From NCBI RefSeq assembly GCF_025526975.1, contig NW_026515688.1:496001-559607 (forward strand): 63,607 nucleotides of DNA, written 5' to 3'. A program made the position numbers and the translations under genes. Origin of the DNA: Fimicolochytrium jonesii. Its lineage: Eukaryota. Shown in pieces: positions 10,857-25,233 of the stretch (positions are counted from its first letter, which is position 1; every line of letters starts with the position of its first letter). A model generated the notes under the pieces. The model did not search any database, was not told the origin of the DNA, and saw only the letters and a program-made list of their open reading frames with translations.

Positions 10857-13800
10857 ATGGTCGTGAGCAGACAATTCCAGACCGCCGAGACCGAGCTCAT
10901 TCTTACAATTGCGCGCAATTGCGCACACTTCCACCCTCGCACAGTCAAGGCAAACCCCCAGCCAGTCTCTGAAAGCCTTCAGCGCTTCGCAGGTAAGCGG
11001 GAGTCCTGGATCCTCCTCGAGAGCAGGCCCCTTGCTCAGCCCCCTTGATCTCATCACCTGCCTGCACAGCACGGCACAGCACGGCCATCATGTCATCACA
11101 CCAGGCGCTCCAGGGGCACCGGTGGGGTGGCTTCATTATGGGAGCAACCACACCACGGCGGAAGAGGAGGAAGGTTGCTCCGGTTACCCCGCGGCTGCCC
11201 ATAAATCCGCCAACCGCTGTGCAGACACCAATGCAACCCCTGCAATTCAATTTCCCACCTTCTGTCCAGCGCCACTTGCCCCAAGCAATTGCAGACATGG
11301 TTGGCGAGAGCTCCGGCGATGAAGACGGGCAACAGCACCAGCAGCAGCGAGGGCTTTCACCCGTGAACAGGGGTCTGCAGTGCCCACCGAACCTCCCCGC
11401 GCCCATCCCTTTCCGTTTTCCCAGCACACCGGGTGGGTCCCTGGTGCTTGAACCCCCGCCACCACCACCAGTTCAACGACCCCGCCCGCAAACACATGCC
11501 GGCACCAAGGTTTCCCTTCACCAAGTCATCCATAATCAGAATCAAGCTCAAAGGGAGCGCCTGACAACGTTCATCGGCAATGTTCACGTCCTTGCGCGCC
11601 ACACCACCTTCTTTCTCAAGTACTACCTTGGTGAGTTTTTGAGGCACACTGTATATTTCCCATAATATTTCCCATAACAATGTCCTGACTACTACGTCTG
11701 CCCACCGCAGCTGATCATCCTCTACGCGATTTCCCGGACATCACCAACAAGCACATCAGTGTGATGTTTGAGCTGCTCAACAATCCAGGCTACAACGGCA
11801 ATCCAGTCATCGCGCAAGAGGTGCGTCCACGGGTTCAAGAGTACTGTGATGTTCACGGATTCGCCCCCATCCGCATGCGATATTGCCAACAGACCGCAGC
11901 GTACACGGCTATGAGCATCTTCACAAACCTCAAAGTTAACGTACAAGAGCATTTCATGCAAATGTTTCTGCGCTACGTCAATGAAAGGCTTGGTTTGAAG
12001 CAAGTGGAGCGGCATCTCCGGAGAGCGCAGCAGCGACACTATTATCGTTGTGTCCGTCAATGTACAAAGTACGCGACGTTTGAAGAGTACCCAACCGAAG
12101 AGGAGCTTGCCCGCCTCACACGACTTGAGCGGACCATCCTCGACTAGTTATGGGCTCTGTTTCCTCCCCAGGATGAGCCGCTTGCGTACAGCCTTGCGGT
12201 GGACGCAATGCCATATTTAGGTGAGCTATGTCCCGTACATTTACCCCCCCCCCCCCCCCCCGCGGCTTCCTCTTTTGTCTAATCATGGTCCACACCTGCC
12301 TCGCCTCATCACAGGTGCCTATTGTGAGCTCTCACGCCTCTATGAGCGCTGTGGAACGCGGCTGTTTTCCGCTATCCCGCTGCGCAAATCTCGAATCCAG
12401 TCATCTGTTCGGATTGACACGCGGATCCTAGCCATTCATATCCTGGGTTTGAGCCAACGTCGCATGGGGAAATTCACCGATGAACGGAAGCGGGAGCTGT
12501 GGGGGCAGTTTCTCAACGTGAATGTAAGTCTCTATCCCTCTGCGCTTATTTCACTCACCTCACCTCGCCGAATGACGGATTGCAGGACAAGGTCTTCAAG
12601 GCTCGAACGAAGCTTGGTCTCAAATTTGATGGGTCAATCAGCACAAACGGGTATTCCGCTACCATCCACTTCAAGAAGCCAGGGCTCAAGTATGGGCATC
12701 GGGCCCGGAAGCGCAGCAAGGCCCAAATGCGGGAAGAAGTCAAGCAGCTGTATTTTGAGCACCACATCGCTGAACTACGGGAGGCTCTAAACATCGTCAG
12801 CATTGATCCGGGCAAGCGTGACCTCTTGTTCTGTTGAGACATCAAGAAGGAGCGGCCATTTAGGTACCTTTCAGTTGATTACTACTGCCTCGCTGTCCCC
12901 GCTGTCCCTCCCCGCTGTCGCCGCTGTCGCCGCTGTCCCCGCTGTCCCCGCTGTCCCCGCCGTCGCTGCTGTCGCTTCTGTTGGTTACGCCATCAATTTT
13001 ATGCTATCAACTTCCGCCATCGCTGATCTCAACGCTTCCTGTGCTGAGCACGACCGCCGCTTGCGGGAGGTCGACCGGCATGGGATGTGTTGTCGCTTCG
13101 CCATCGTAGTCGTGAAGAGCGAATCGCGAGCCCGGCTCCTACTCCAAGCTGGACTCAAGCGATCGCGGAAGTTGGCGGAACGTTCAATGAGATCAGAATG
13201 TGGACGATGCATGGCGACTGCGACTGCGACGGCGACTGAATTCGATCTGCAGTACCTCCGCTATCCCCGCTGTCTCCGCTGTCCCCGCTGTTCCTCCCGG
13301 CTGTTGCCGCTATCCCCGCTGTTGCCGCTGTCCCCGCTGTTGCCGCTGTCCCTGCTGTCGCCGCTATCCCGATCAACGCCCTCCTCAACCCTGTCCCAGT
13401 CCCCATCCCCACCATCCCCCCCCGTCACCATCCCCACCATCCCCTTTGTTCGACATTCCGTTGCCGCGTTCTCACAATGCACCACCCCATACCAGATACA
13501 CATCCAATCAACGGGCAGTCGAGACAAAGTCTCGGTACTTTTGAAGAGACATGACAGAGCGAAAGATCAATGCCGGCATCGCTGAGATGGAATCACATAT
13601 TCCGTCGCACAAGAGCATGAACATCAAGGCGTTCTCAGCGTTCATTGTGGATCACGTACATGCGGGTATGATGTATCATGCATTGTCTTCAAATTTGGTA
13701 ACACGTGGGCTGACATCCATCCATATCCCAGATCCCGCCCTGGATGAGTTTTACCAGGATGAGATTCACGTAGCTCGCAGATTCAAGGCGTTCTCACTGC

Positions 13801-14362
13801 GGCAAAAGTCTGAGAGCAAGCTCATCAAGAACATGCGACACCTGTATGGAAAGCATTTTTCGGTCATCATGGGTGATTGGAGCGACGCTGGAAAAACCAT
13901 GCGCTTTCAGGAGTCATCAAAGACCGAGGGGTGAGTGACCATCATTGTTTTTTATGTATTTTAATATGCTAACTCATCATCATGGAAATCAGATTCCGCA
14001 CACTCTTTGCAAGAAACAGCATTCCATGCTACTTGCTAGATGAGTATCGAACGTCTTCCGTGTGCCCAGACTGCCACGGGCGTGTGAAGAAAAACATCCG
14101 ATGCCGGCTGTCACCTCGGCCGTGGCAAGCTCGAAAGGGAAGAATGGAATTCGTCCATGGATTGGTGGGTTGCCCCAACCCCGAATGTATCAACCAAGAC
14201 TGGATGCCATTTGAGATTCCTGGAAGAAGACAACCACTACGACTACGGATGAAAGTGCACAATCGGGACGTCCTAAGCACCAAGAATTTCCTCTCGATTG
14301 TGCGCTCGGTGGTGTTTGGCATTGATGGCCGCAGACCAGACGCATTCTCCCGTAACCGGTAG
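10857..14362 (+). pseudogene. Fanzor1 (eukaryotic TnpB/IscB-OMEGA-type RuvC RNA-guided endonuclease), intron-rich, 3 premature stops
   Basis: Frame-consistent GT-AG introns: (10993-11069), 11631-11710, 12221-12314, 12524-12585, 12864-13495, 13666-13731, 13931-13992. Exons from ATG 11090 sum to 2277 nt (759 codons). Motifs: FDGSISTNGYS, RuvC-I IVSIDPG, FRYTSNQR, VIMGDWS, LDEYRTSSVCPDC, GCPNPEC, RuvC-III HNRDVLSTKN. Stops at 12145, 12835 and 13542. Confidence 0.9.
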
Positions 14363-14383
14363 TCTAGATTTCACCCCATCCCA

Positions 14384-14450
14384 TTTTCCGTGGTGGTTAT
14401 CTGCCATCCACATCATTGTACCTCTGCCTGAGGCGTCGCCGATGATGGCA
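14384..14450 (+). ncRNA. Candidate Fanzor omegaRNA scaffold
   Basis: Lies ~20 nt after the Fanzor stop. Can fold into GTGGTGG/CCATCCAC and ATCATTG/CGATGAT stems, the latter enclosing CCTC/GAGG. Position matches known Fanzor omegaRNA loci. Not proven. Confidence 0.35.
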
Positions 14451-14684
14451 ACTTGTAAATCTACTATGAGAGAGTTCGTGCACAAGCATTGGTGAGGTGA
14501 TTGCGGTGGGGCGTGTTCGGGCGGGTACATGCGTTTGGATACTCCAGCCAAATACGCCATAGGCTATTGAGCTGTCAAGAGGTGGTGGACCTGTGCAGGG
14601 CAATGGTGGGTAGTCGCATCTGCAGTATGGCCGTATATGAGAAGACCGTGGGAATGAAGGAGTTGTTGAAAGTGACGCCGATCC

Positions 14685-17600
14685 TCAGCTCGCTCCAGGT
14701 TTAGCCTCACAGGCCAGCGAGGCATTGTAGGCCTGATCGTCATCGAGGTTGACATGATTTCGGATGTAATCCTGGATCTCGGTGATGGGTTCTAACGCAA
14801 ACGGCACTTGTTGATATGCTTCTAATTCCATCAGCGTCCGAGATATGGACTCGAGTTTCTGGTAATTAATTAGACCGCCGTCGATTTTGTTCTTTTGGCA
14901 GGTGTCGATGAAGACCTGTGCATGCGCGGGAATACGTTGGCAAAGTGAGGATAAGGCGATGCTTTCCAATCATCCTGTCAACTTACCAGGTCACCTTGAT
15001 ATAGTCCAGGGAAGGGAATCAGGGGCGGATCGCTGGCGCGTATTGCAGCTCGCAGATGCTTGTAATTCAACTCGCTAGAAACAGATTTCACGAGCTCGTC
15101 GTACATGCGCATATACTTGCTGCTCACAGCCTATGTTTGGGATAGAGTATAAGAGGTCGCGAACGGCCTCCGGCGTGCCATATATGGAGGCTGGTACGCA
15201 CCTCTTTGGTCTTTTTCAATCTATACACCGATGACGTTTGCAGGGCAGCTACAATCTCCTTCACTCCATTGAAGTTCTTCAACTTGTCGAGAGCCTACGT
15301 CGGTGGGAACGTATTGGTCAGTGCATGATTCAGGAGGCCCTACTTGGATCTGCATACCAGATCGATACCAACCTGCCCTAACGCGACAGTCTTCTCAAAG
15401 ACTGCAGCACGTGTCTTCACATTATCCTTCGCGGTCACTATCTCGGTGACAAGCCATTGGACAACATGATTCGACCACCTTGTCATCCGTAAGATGTTCG
15501 GGGCGTCGGTCTCTCTGTTGTCGCCTATCCAGTTCAAATCCAGATATTCGCTGGACTGCACAGAAGAGTTAGATGAATTCACAAGGAGATCAGAGTCGGC
15601 GAGACATACCCGTATGCTCTTGAACAGGTCAAACTCCAGTAACGTCAGTTGTCTTGCCAGCTCAATAGCCTCCAGGTCCAGGAACCTCAGTTTAACCTCT
15701 TCCACTCCTTCCAGAACTTTGCTGCCTTTCCCCCCTCCAAACGGCACCCAGCCGCTCGGCTTATCGGCAAGTATCGACAGCGTTTTGCTGCTGCCTGACA
15801 TGAGGCTCGATGAAACGTCTTGGGAGTACCGTTTCGCTAGAAACTTTGGGAGTAGCGGCTTAGGTGCCACCGGCAAGAGGTCTTCCGATTCCATCACTTC
15901 GGAGGTCTACGAAACACGTTTACGTCACTCTTATTGGAGGCATGATAGTAGAAAGCGCCGTTACCTTGCGTTCAAAAGCTATTCGCAGACCGAGACCCAT
16001 CTTGCTCTCTTTGAACGAGTCCTCGATAAAGTCCCCGAGCACCTTCTTCAGATTTTCATCATCCTCGAAATCCCTCCAATGATGCTCAATCCAGAACTTC
16101 AGTAGGTTGACGATGCTAGAACACAACCATAGAGTCAATCACACGGCTCTCTATCCGGGCAACTCAGGTAACACTTGCACGCGTCAACGAACCGAAGCAG
16201 GATAGGCGACTGCAAGGAAGCTTCTTCATCTTTGCCTTTCGCAATCTCCCGGTATTTGGCAAGAATCGCTTCCAGCATTTCGCCGGTGGACATGAACGAT
16301 CCATGTGTAAGCAGAATCGTCTCCTGGAAATGGTGATCTGGTGATGTTGGTCCCGAATGGTGAGCCAGCCTGCAGATTGGGTTCATTGGAAAGCGCTGCG
16401 CACTTCTCGTACCATGGACAGCAGGATCTATCAGCCGCTCTAAAAGCTTTTCTCGCGTTCCTCCTTTCAGACGTTTCTGGCCACCTTCACCGCGGATGAA
16501 GACGATGTTCCCGCTGGACTCATCCACGTCATCTTTTGCCTCTCGTGTTGTTTGCAGTTGTTTGAGGACCTATGATCGGATAATGAATTAGCGATGCATA
16601 GGAGAGAATTCAATTATGTTGTCGAGCGCACCTCTTGCTGCATCCTTTGGCGGAGCTTGCCCATATCTTCTCGAAGTGCGACCGTCTCCTCCTCGCTCAG
16701 CGCCTTTAGCTTCTCGGTCAACTGAGCAACAGGTGGACCCTTAGTATACGCTTAGGGCCCCGAGCACTACACAGAAGTCTGCGCACCTTCAGCCGCTCAT
16801 CGACAGCGACCTTCTCCGCAATTACATCAGACAGTTGCTTGCGGAGAGTCTGTGTTTCTGCAAGCAGCGTGCGTTGCTTTTGGACATATGAAGCGTGCAG
16901 AACATCAGACAGACTGTTGCCTACGTCGGGGAGCCTAGCATGCGCACACTACCTCGGCGGGAATTGCGGTGGATCTGGGCATTGTTTCTCTCGCTTTGTC
17001 CTGTAGATTGGATTCCGTTCGCAGTCTTTGAAGCTCGGCTGTTTCAAGAGAATGCGCTTTCTGATATGCCTACGCGATTGTGTCGATGAGCATCTGCACG
17101 ACGGCAGGTTTGCTACTTTCTACTCTCACATACCATAAATGAGCTTTCAGTCTCCTCACTCCGCCGCATGATGGCCTGCAACTGGCTGTGGTGCTGCTTT
17201 GTCAGATCCGCCATGTTTTTCCGGTAGTACTCGTCCTGTTGCGCTGCCGCATATTCGAATAGCTGGAGACTGGTCTTTTCTTTCAATTTATGAGGGAAAC
17301 ACATGCGTAAGCTTCAAATCCTTATGCGTAAGACAAATGCTTGGGCGTGCATACCTCAAGATACGATATAGTGTTGGCCTGTTTCTCGATGTGATCTTGC
17401 AGCGAGTGGAGTTGATCAATGAAGCGTTCGCTGGTTTCTTTATCCTGGATCCCCGCTGCTGCCTGGGATTTGTGAGTAAAAAGCCATCGACACCAGCCTC
17501 ACGCCGCAGTTTACCTCTAATAGTCGATTCTTATGCAAAGCAACGTGCTTCTCTTCGAGCAATTGTCGGACTGTTTCCTACGGATACATGGGGTGAGCGT

Positions 17601-18563
17601 TTTCAGGGACGTTTTCAGGGAGACAAATGCATTCCACTACCTTGCATCTAGCCTGGAAGACACTCTGCGACACAACGAGATCTATGCATAGCGCTTTCAA
17701 TGTGTTGAAGTCTTGCGGTAGTTGTGATTCCAGCTCGATGAGATGGGAGCTCTTTCGCTACTCGGAAAATATGTGAGGTCAAGGATCAGATCGGTAGTTT
17801 CCGTGATCTGGGTGGAGGTACCTTTGGAGGGACAGGCCTTGGCACCGCAATCTGCTCTAAAGTGAAGGCTGCATTTAAGACCTGCCTTACACAATCCACC
17901 AAGACGCAGCAATTGCAAATCACAAACCTGTCAAGTACGCTCGGATTTCCGGGTCTGTGGCACAATCTGCTGGTCTGGTAAAAGGTTTGGTACGGACACC
18001 ATGGCGACTGACATGCCGTGCATCTTGACAAGCTTACCGCTTCCCCTCTGAATCTGCGACTTGAGCATTGGCACCAGCGCGTATCAGGCGCTTAACTATC
18101 GCCATGTCGGCTTCGGCGGCCGCAATATGGAGTGGTGTCGCACCACTCGTGTTTGGCGAATTAACGGCTATGCTTGGCTGTACTCAATCATGTGAGGCCA
18201 AGACTTTCACGCTTACGTCGACGATGGAAAGACCTCTACCTCTGATAATAGTACGTCAAGACACTCCAAATTCGATGTTACAGCGAAATGAACGGGCGTG
18301 TTCCCTTCCGAGTCTGCTCTGTTCAATTCTTCCAATTCAACGGACTTCGACGACTCATGACTACCGGTGCGAATCCGAGGCGGCCGACGAGAATCGGGAC
18401 CTTCGTCATCTGTCGGAGCGGTTAGACTTTCCCCTTCAGTTTCCGGTCGGTTCGGCTTGTAGGTGTTGACATCGTGCTCATCTTGGACATCCTTCAGCGA
18501 CTCGATGTATTCTGAAAGGCCTCGCGCATCCCTCTCTGTCAGTAACCCTATAACGGTGCTCAT
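14685..18563 (-). CDS. Ankyrin-repeat / REM / CDC25-domain Ras guanine-nucleotide exchange factor (multi-exon)
   Basis: LNRADSEGNTPVHFAV (ankyrin), LKGGTREKLLERL and NLLKFWIEHHWRDF (REM), LEAIELARQLTLLEFDLFKSI and GGLINYQK (CDC25). Confidence 0.85.
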
Positions 18564-18909
18564 TCCTGGACGCTGCTATGCCTGTCGAAGTGATCTACAT
18601 ATATTTGTTAGTCCAGTGGGCGCAGGAAGGCTAGGAAGAGGGTGAGGGCCTTGCGTGCAAGTTTCAATACGCATTGGGAAGCTCTTGAAAGAGGGTTTCG
18701 ACGCGCCGTTCGGTCCCCAGGAATCCCAGGATCACCGCCGCATGTCCGGCCGGAACCTGTTGCCTCCGGCTGTTGTTCAACCACCGGGCGAAACAACAAC
18801 CCCATCTCGGGATTCTCAGCCCTAGGTCCTACACTGAACCAATAGTCTAGCGCATAGGGAGTGCTTGTGAAACATCGCCCCAGATACACAGAGCCACCGG
18901 ATATATGCG

Positions 18910-19946
18910 ATGGTCGCACACTTCTTGCTCGCCTTCATCATAACCTCGTGCGCGTGCTTCAATGCCCAAGGAGCAGCAATGCCTCAACAACCTCTTCTCA
19001 ACGGCGCACGCAGGAAACCTATCCGCTACGAAGCCGTACAGGGCTACTTCGAGCAGTCCGACCCGGGAACAGACGGTTCCGCCTTTCCGCTGATACCCGT
19101 AGCACTGGGCCTGGTCGACAAGTCGGAGTCTCGCTGGGAGAAAACGTTCCGAAGATTGAGGGTGCTGCAGGAGAAGGTCGGGAAGAAAGGGGTGGTCAAG
19201 TTGCTTTTTCTGCAGAGACACGGACAGTGCGTATAACCAGATGGGCGGCTGCTTCTTCAAATTCCTGGATACGCGTGCATCTAATGATTTGGTTTCCAAC
19301 GACATGAAGGGGCGAGCATAACGTGGCCGAAGCGAAATACGGCAAAGAAGCGTGGGACTCTTACTATTCCAAACTCCCATTCTACTTTGATGCCTCCCTG
19401 ACTCCCCTCGGCATCTCGCAACTGGCTCAAAACGCCGACAACCTGTTCGCCGAAATCAACGAACACAAGTTGGCCCTCCCGTCGCTGATCGTCACCTCGC
19501 CATTATCCCGCTGCCTGAACACCACGCGTCTGGTCTGGGGAAAGATCACGCAGAACAAGTATGACCCGAAAGCAATCGAGTTCCTGAGAGAACAGTATGG
19601 CGACCATACCTGTGATCAACGGCGGACCCGGACTGAGCTGAGCAAACGGTTTCCCGAGGTCGACTTTACCGATTTGGTTACCGACGAAGACTCGCTGTGG
19701 GAGAAAGATGTGAGGGAACCGGACGAGCATGTCATCGAAAGGGTTAGAGCGGTTTTTGATGGGTTATTCTCCCTGCCTGAGACGTCGAGTGGAGAGACGC
19801 TGGATGTCTTGACGTCGGAGAAGCTGATTGGAATCGTGTGCCATGGGGGAATAATTGAGTCCAGTATTCACATCACCGGGCACCGTGATTTCCCTGTGCC
19901 TCCCGGCGGGATGCTACCCATGGTCGTCATTGGATGGTTCGAGTAG
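18910..19946 (+). CDS. Histidine phosphatase / phosphoglycerate-mutase family protein (PMU1-like), with signal-peptide-like N-terminus
   Basis: LFLQRHGQ|GEHN (RHG motif across one intron), SPLSRCLNT, HTCDQRR, VCHGG. Confidence 0.85.
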
Positions 19947-20409
19947 ACGTATCGCAAGCTGTGGTTTACAGTAAAAGAGAGTGGATGAAAAATGAGGTTG
20001 AATCCATCCACTGTAGTGTTTGGGGAAGGTTCGACCAAAGTACCTCCGCTATGGACAGGTTAACACGTCTATGAGCTTTGGATTTACATTTTGCCAACCG
20101 GCGACATGACAGTATATACATCAGAACAATTCGGAGAAAATGAAAGGAGCCAACTCGGAGAAAATGAACGAGACAGACAATGGAAAAAAGAAAAAGGTAA
20201 CGAAAGAAGATTGGCGATATGAATGCCACCTTCGGGGTATCTAAATATGCTACTCAACGGGATATAAAACGACTGATATAAGCTCATAGACGACCTCAGG
20301 GTGCGCCATGCGCGTATCCATCTTTCTATGCATTTGAAGCGGATGACGACATGTTCTACGCCTTGATATATTGTGAGATTTCTTGACAGACGTTGCCTTC
20401 CCCAACGAT

Positions 20410-22601
<2,192 letters not shown>

Positions 22602-24010
22602 GCGGTTGTTGGCAATGCTTCTGCGCGATTGAACCACATAAAAAGGAATCCTGTGGCTGCGAAAGACCTCCCAAAATACCTTACGTATAGCTTCACAACT
22701 TTCTTTGACCTTCTCGTATGGATACCCTTTCCGATGTTCTTGGACAAGATTGCGTTACAAGTACCAGCGTGAATTGGAAGAGAATCGATAGAGTCCCTTG
22801 TTTCTGGCAAGCTGGTGTGCGGTGACATGTGCTAAAAAACGCGTGGGGCAACCTTCAAGGTCATATCCTTCCTGTCAACGCTGTTTAGACCACAACTGTC
22901 ATTTTCTGGAAAATATTTACACAGGGTATACAGTATGTGTCTATATGTCTGCGACCTCACGTGACTTCCAGGCCGTTTACACTCTGATGCGGTTCATTCG
23001 CTTTGATGGAGGCAACATAGCTTTGATGTGGATGGGGACGTCAGCATCATCATCAGCCGTCTTGTTGAGCATCGACTTCAAAAGGCCAAGAACACTTTTT
23101 GGAGTTTTCCTCGGAAAGTCTCGCGACAGGAAGACCTCAGGCCGACCATTGCTGCGCCACCCATTTCTGGACGTTTGTCGCGACGGCGGCGGCGCCGTTT
23201 TTGGCCTTTTTCCTTACCCACCATTGCCAACATCATTGCCATCGCTTCGACAGACATACACATACAGAACCTCTGCCGGCGATATTCGGGCTCAGGACCT
23301 CCTAGGCTTGAGGTTCCCAGTTAACAACACTCAATTTGAATCACAGGCTGCTGAGAAATATGGATTTTAGTGATGAAGGTAAGCAGTAGAGCATCGCCGG
23401 CATTGCGTGCCTGATTGCGGTGGACAAGGGTGTCGTACGGCTCCAGGAGTTCACCACAGTGTTCTGATATGCATGCTTTCGACCTTTTTATATTTGCCCA
23501 GGACAAAACGGCGTGCAACAGGCCCTTGGGCAGCCGGAGCGGGACGAAGGGGGAGAAAGTAGGGAGCCGAGGCCAGGGGCAGCGGTGAGGCCGGGGGCAG
23601 TGCAACAGGACCTTGGGCAGCCGGAGCGGGACGAAGGGGGAGAAAGTGAGAAGCCGAGGCCGGGGGCAGCGGAGAGGCCGGGGGCAGCGGTGAGGCTGGA
23701 GGCAGCGGTGAGGCCGGGGGCAGCGGTGAGGCCGGGGGCAGTGAGGGTTTTGAAGCAAGGGAAGCAGTTTCGATACAGCGCGGGTTGTATTGACTGCCGG
23801 GTGAAGAGCTCTTCTAGATTCTATCGTGCGCCGTGGCCGGTTTTGGCTTGGGCAGAGGCAATGGGGAGGGATTTCTTCTTCGGCAAGGGAGCGACGCAGG
23901 AAATTGTTTGTGGGGCATGTTGGACGGCTTGGAGGCAAGTGGGGGTGTTTCAACATGAGGAGGGCCTGGGGGTGAACAAAGGCATACAGACAGATGTTAT
24001 CAACAACGTC

Positions 24011-24548
24011 TGTTATGGACGACGCGCCCATACCATAAGCTTACCTACTGACAGCCGCCAATGTCAACCGCCAAATGTCAAACGCCAATGTCAATGTCAA
24101 TGTCAGTGTCAATGTCAGTGTCAATGTCAATGTCAATGCCACTCCCCCTCTCTCCTCTCATTTCGCCAATCCTCTTGCAATATTGCCACTCCTCCTCTCT
24201 CCTCTCATTTCGCCAATCCTCCCTCGGCTTCTCCACACCCCCCACTGCTTCCCCATAGCCAGCAGCTGTAGCAATGCTCTCTACGCTCGCCACGCACGCT
24301 CTAGGAGCATAGCTGGCGCCCCCCAGTCCCCTCTTGTTGTTGTTGTTCTCTGATCTGCTGGGTTGCCTATCTATAAATAGCCAGCCTCTCTTCGTCCATT
24401 CCCTTCCTCCCCAGCAGATCAACACCAGTTCTTCTCATCTCCTGTTCTAGTCCTTGTTTCTTGTTTCGCCAATACAATCTCTTGTTGCCTATCACTCTCG
24501 CCTTGTCTTCTCTACTTCGCTTCCGCCTCAGTCGTCGAGATCATAACA
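24011..24548 (+). mobile_element. Solo LTR (copy 1), no matching TSD
   Basis: TGTTATG...CATAACA termini, TATAAATAG box at ~24373, similar to the LTR at 24704. Flanks are ACGTC/GTGCT. Confidence 0.7.
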
Positions 24549-24703
24549 GTGCTATCCCGTAATAAGAAGTTTGAACAAGCTTCATCCTGGGCAACGAGCA
24601 GTGTACTCACCTTGCATCTTGGTGCTCGCCAAATCTTTCAGCACAGGCCTGCTATGTAGAGGAGGGTGCGCTTGCCGAGCAGAATCTGATTCACTTAACC
24701 AGG

Positions 24704-25233
24704 TGTTATGGACGACGCGTCCATACCATGCGCTTACCTCATGACAGCATCCCAACAGTCAGTCAATGTCAATTCCCTGTCAAAACCTGACATCTGCCAA
24801 ACCTCGCAGCCGCACGCAGCCGCGCTACCCCACACCTGCCACTGCCTTCATTTCTCCACGCAGCCGCACGTAGCCACACCTCCCAACACTCGGCGCTTAC
24901 AAACCCTTCTTCATACTTCCCCACGTACCCGCCCACAGCCTCAGCGTAGCCACCCCATCCCCAGTCTTCTGTTTCTATGCTTCCCCACCCTTGGCGCTTC
25001 TCTTGGCTTCCCTCTCATTCCGTACCCTTCTGCTTCCCCACGCTTCCCCAGCCTTCCCAGAAAAGCATAAATAGCCGCCTCCCCTGAGCTCCCCACTTCC
25101 TGATCCCCCAGCAGATCAACACCAGTTCTTCCTAGTCTTGTTCTAGTTCTTGGTTCGGTCTGAATACCATTACCTGTCAACAACCTGCACCACAAGTCGC
25201 CTCTATTTCCATCGGCTCCGCCCAGTCATAACA
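24704..25233 (+). mobile_element. Solo LTR (copy 2) with 5-bp TSD
   Basis: TGTTATG...CATAACA termini flanked by CCAGG (24699-24703) and CCAGG (25234-25238); ATAAATAG box at ~25068. Confidence 0.85.

Larger units (their letters stand above)
4070..14450. mobile_element. Putative composite Fanzor-carrying element (telomeric repeats + Ulp1-like protease + TET-like dioxygenase + Fanzor1), decayed; boundaries approximate
   Basis: GC-rich, repeat-rich block between housekeeping genes. It carries only transposon-associated gene types, all disrupted. No TIR or transposase was recognised. Confidence 0.55.

Noticed and set aside
12145..13544. Programmed read-through, selenocysteine or A-to-I rescue of the Fanzor stops
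   Set aside because: The stops are mixed TAG/TGA, and neighbouring genes also have frameshifts; simple decay is more parsimonious.
11090..14362. Bacterial IS200/IS605 TnpB contamination
   Set aside because: The gene has multiple spliceosomal introns, an NLS-like motif and intron-containing fungal neighbours.
14355..14410. Helitron 3' terminus (hairpin + CTAG)
   Set aside because: CTAG at 14364 is followed by A, not T; the obvious hairpin lies after rather than before it; no Rep/helicase gene is present.
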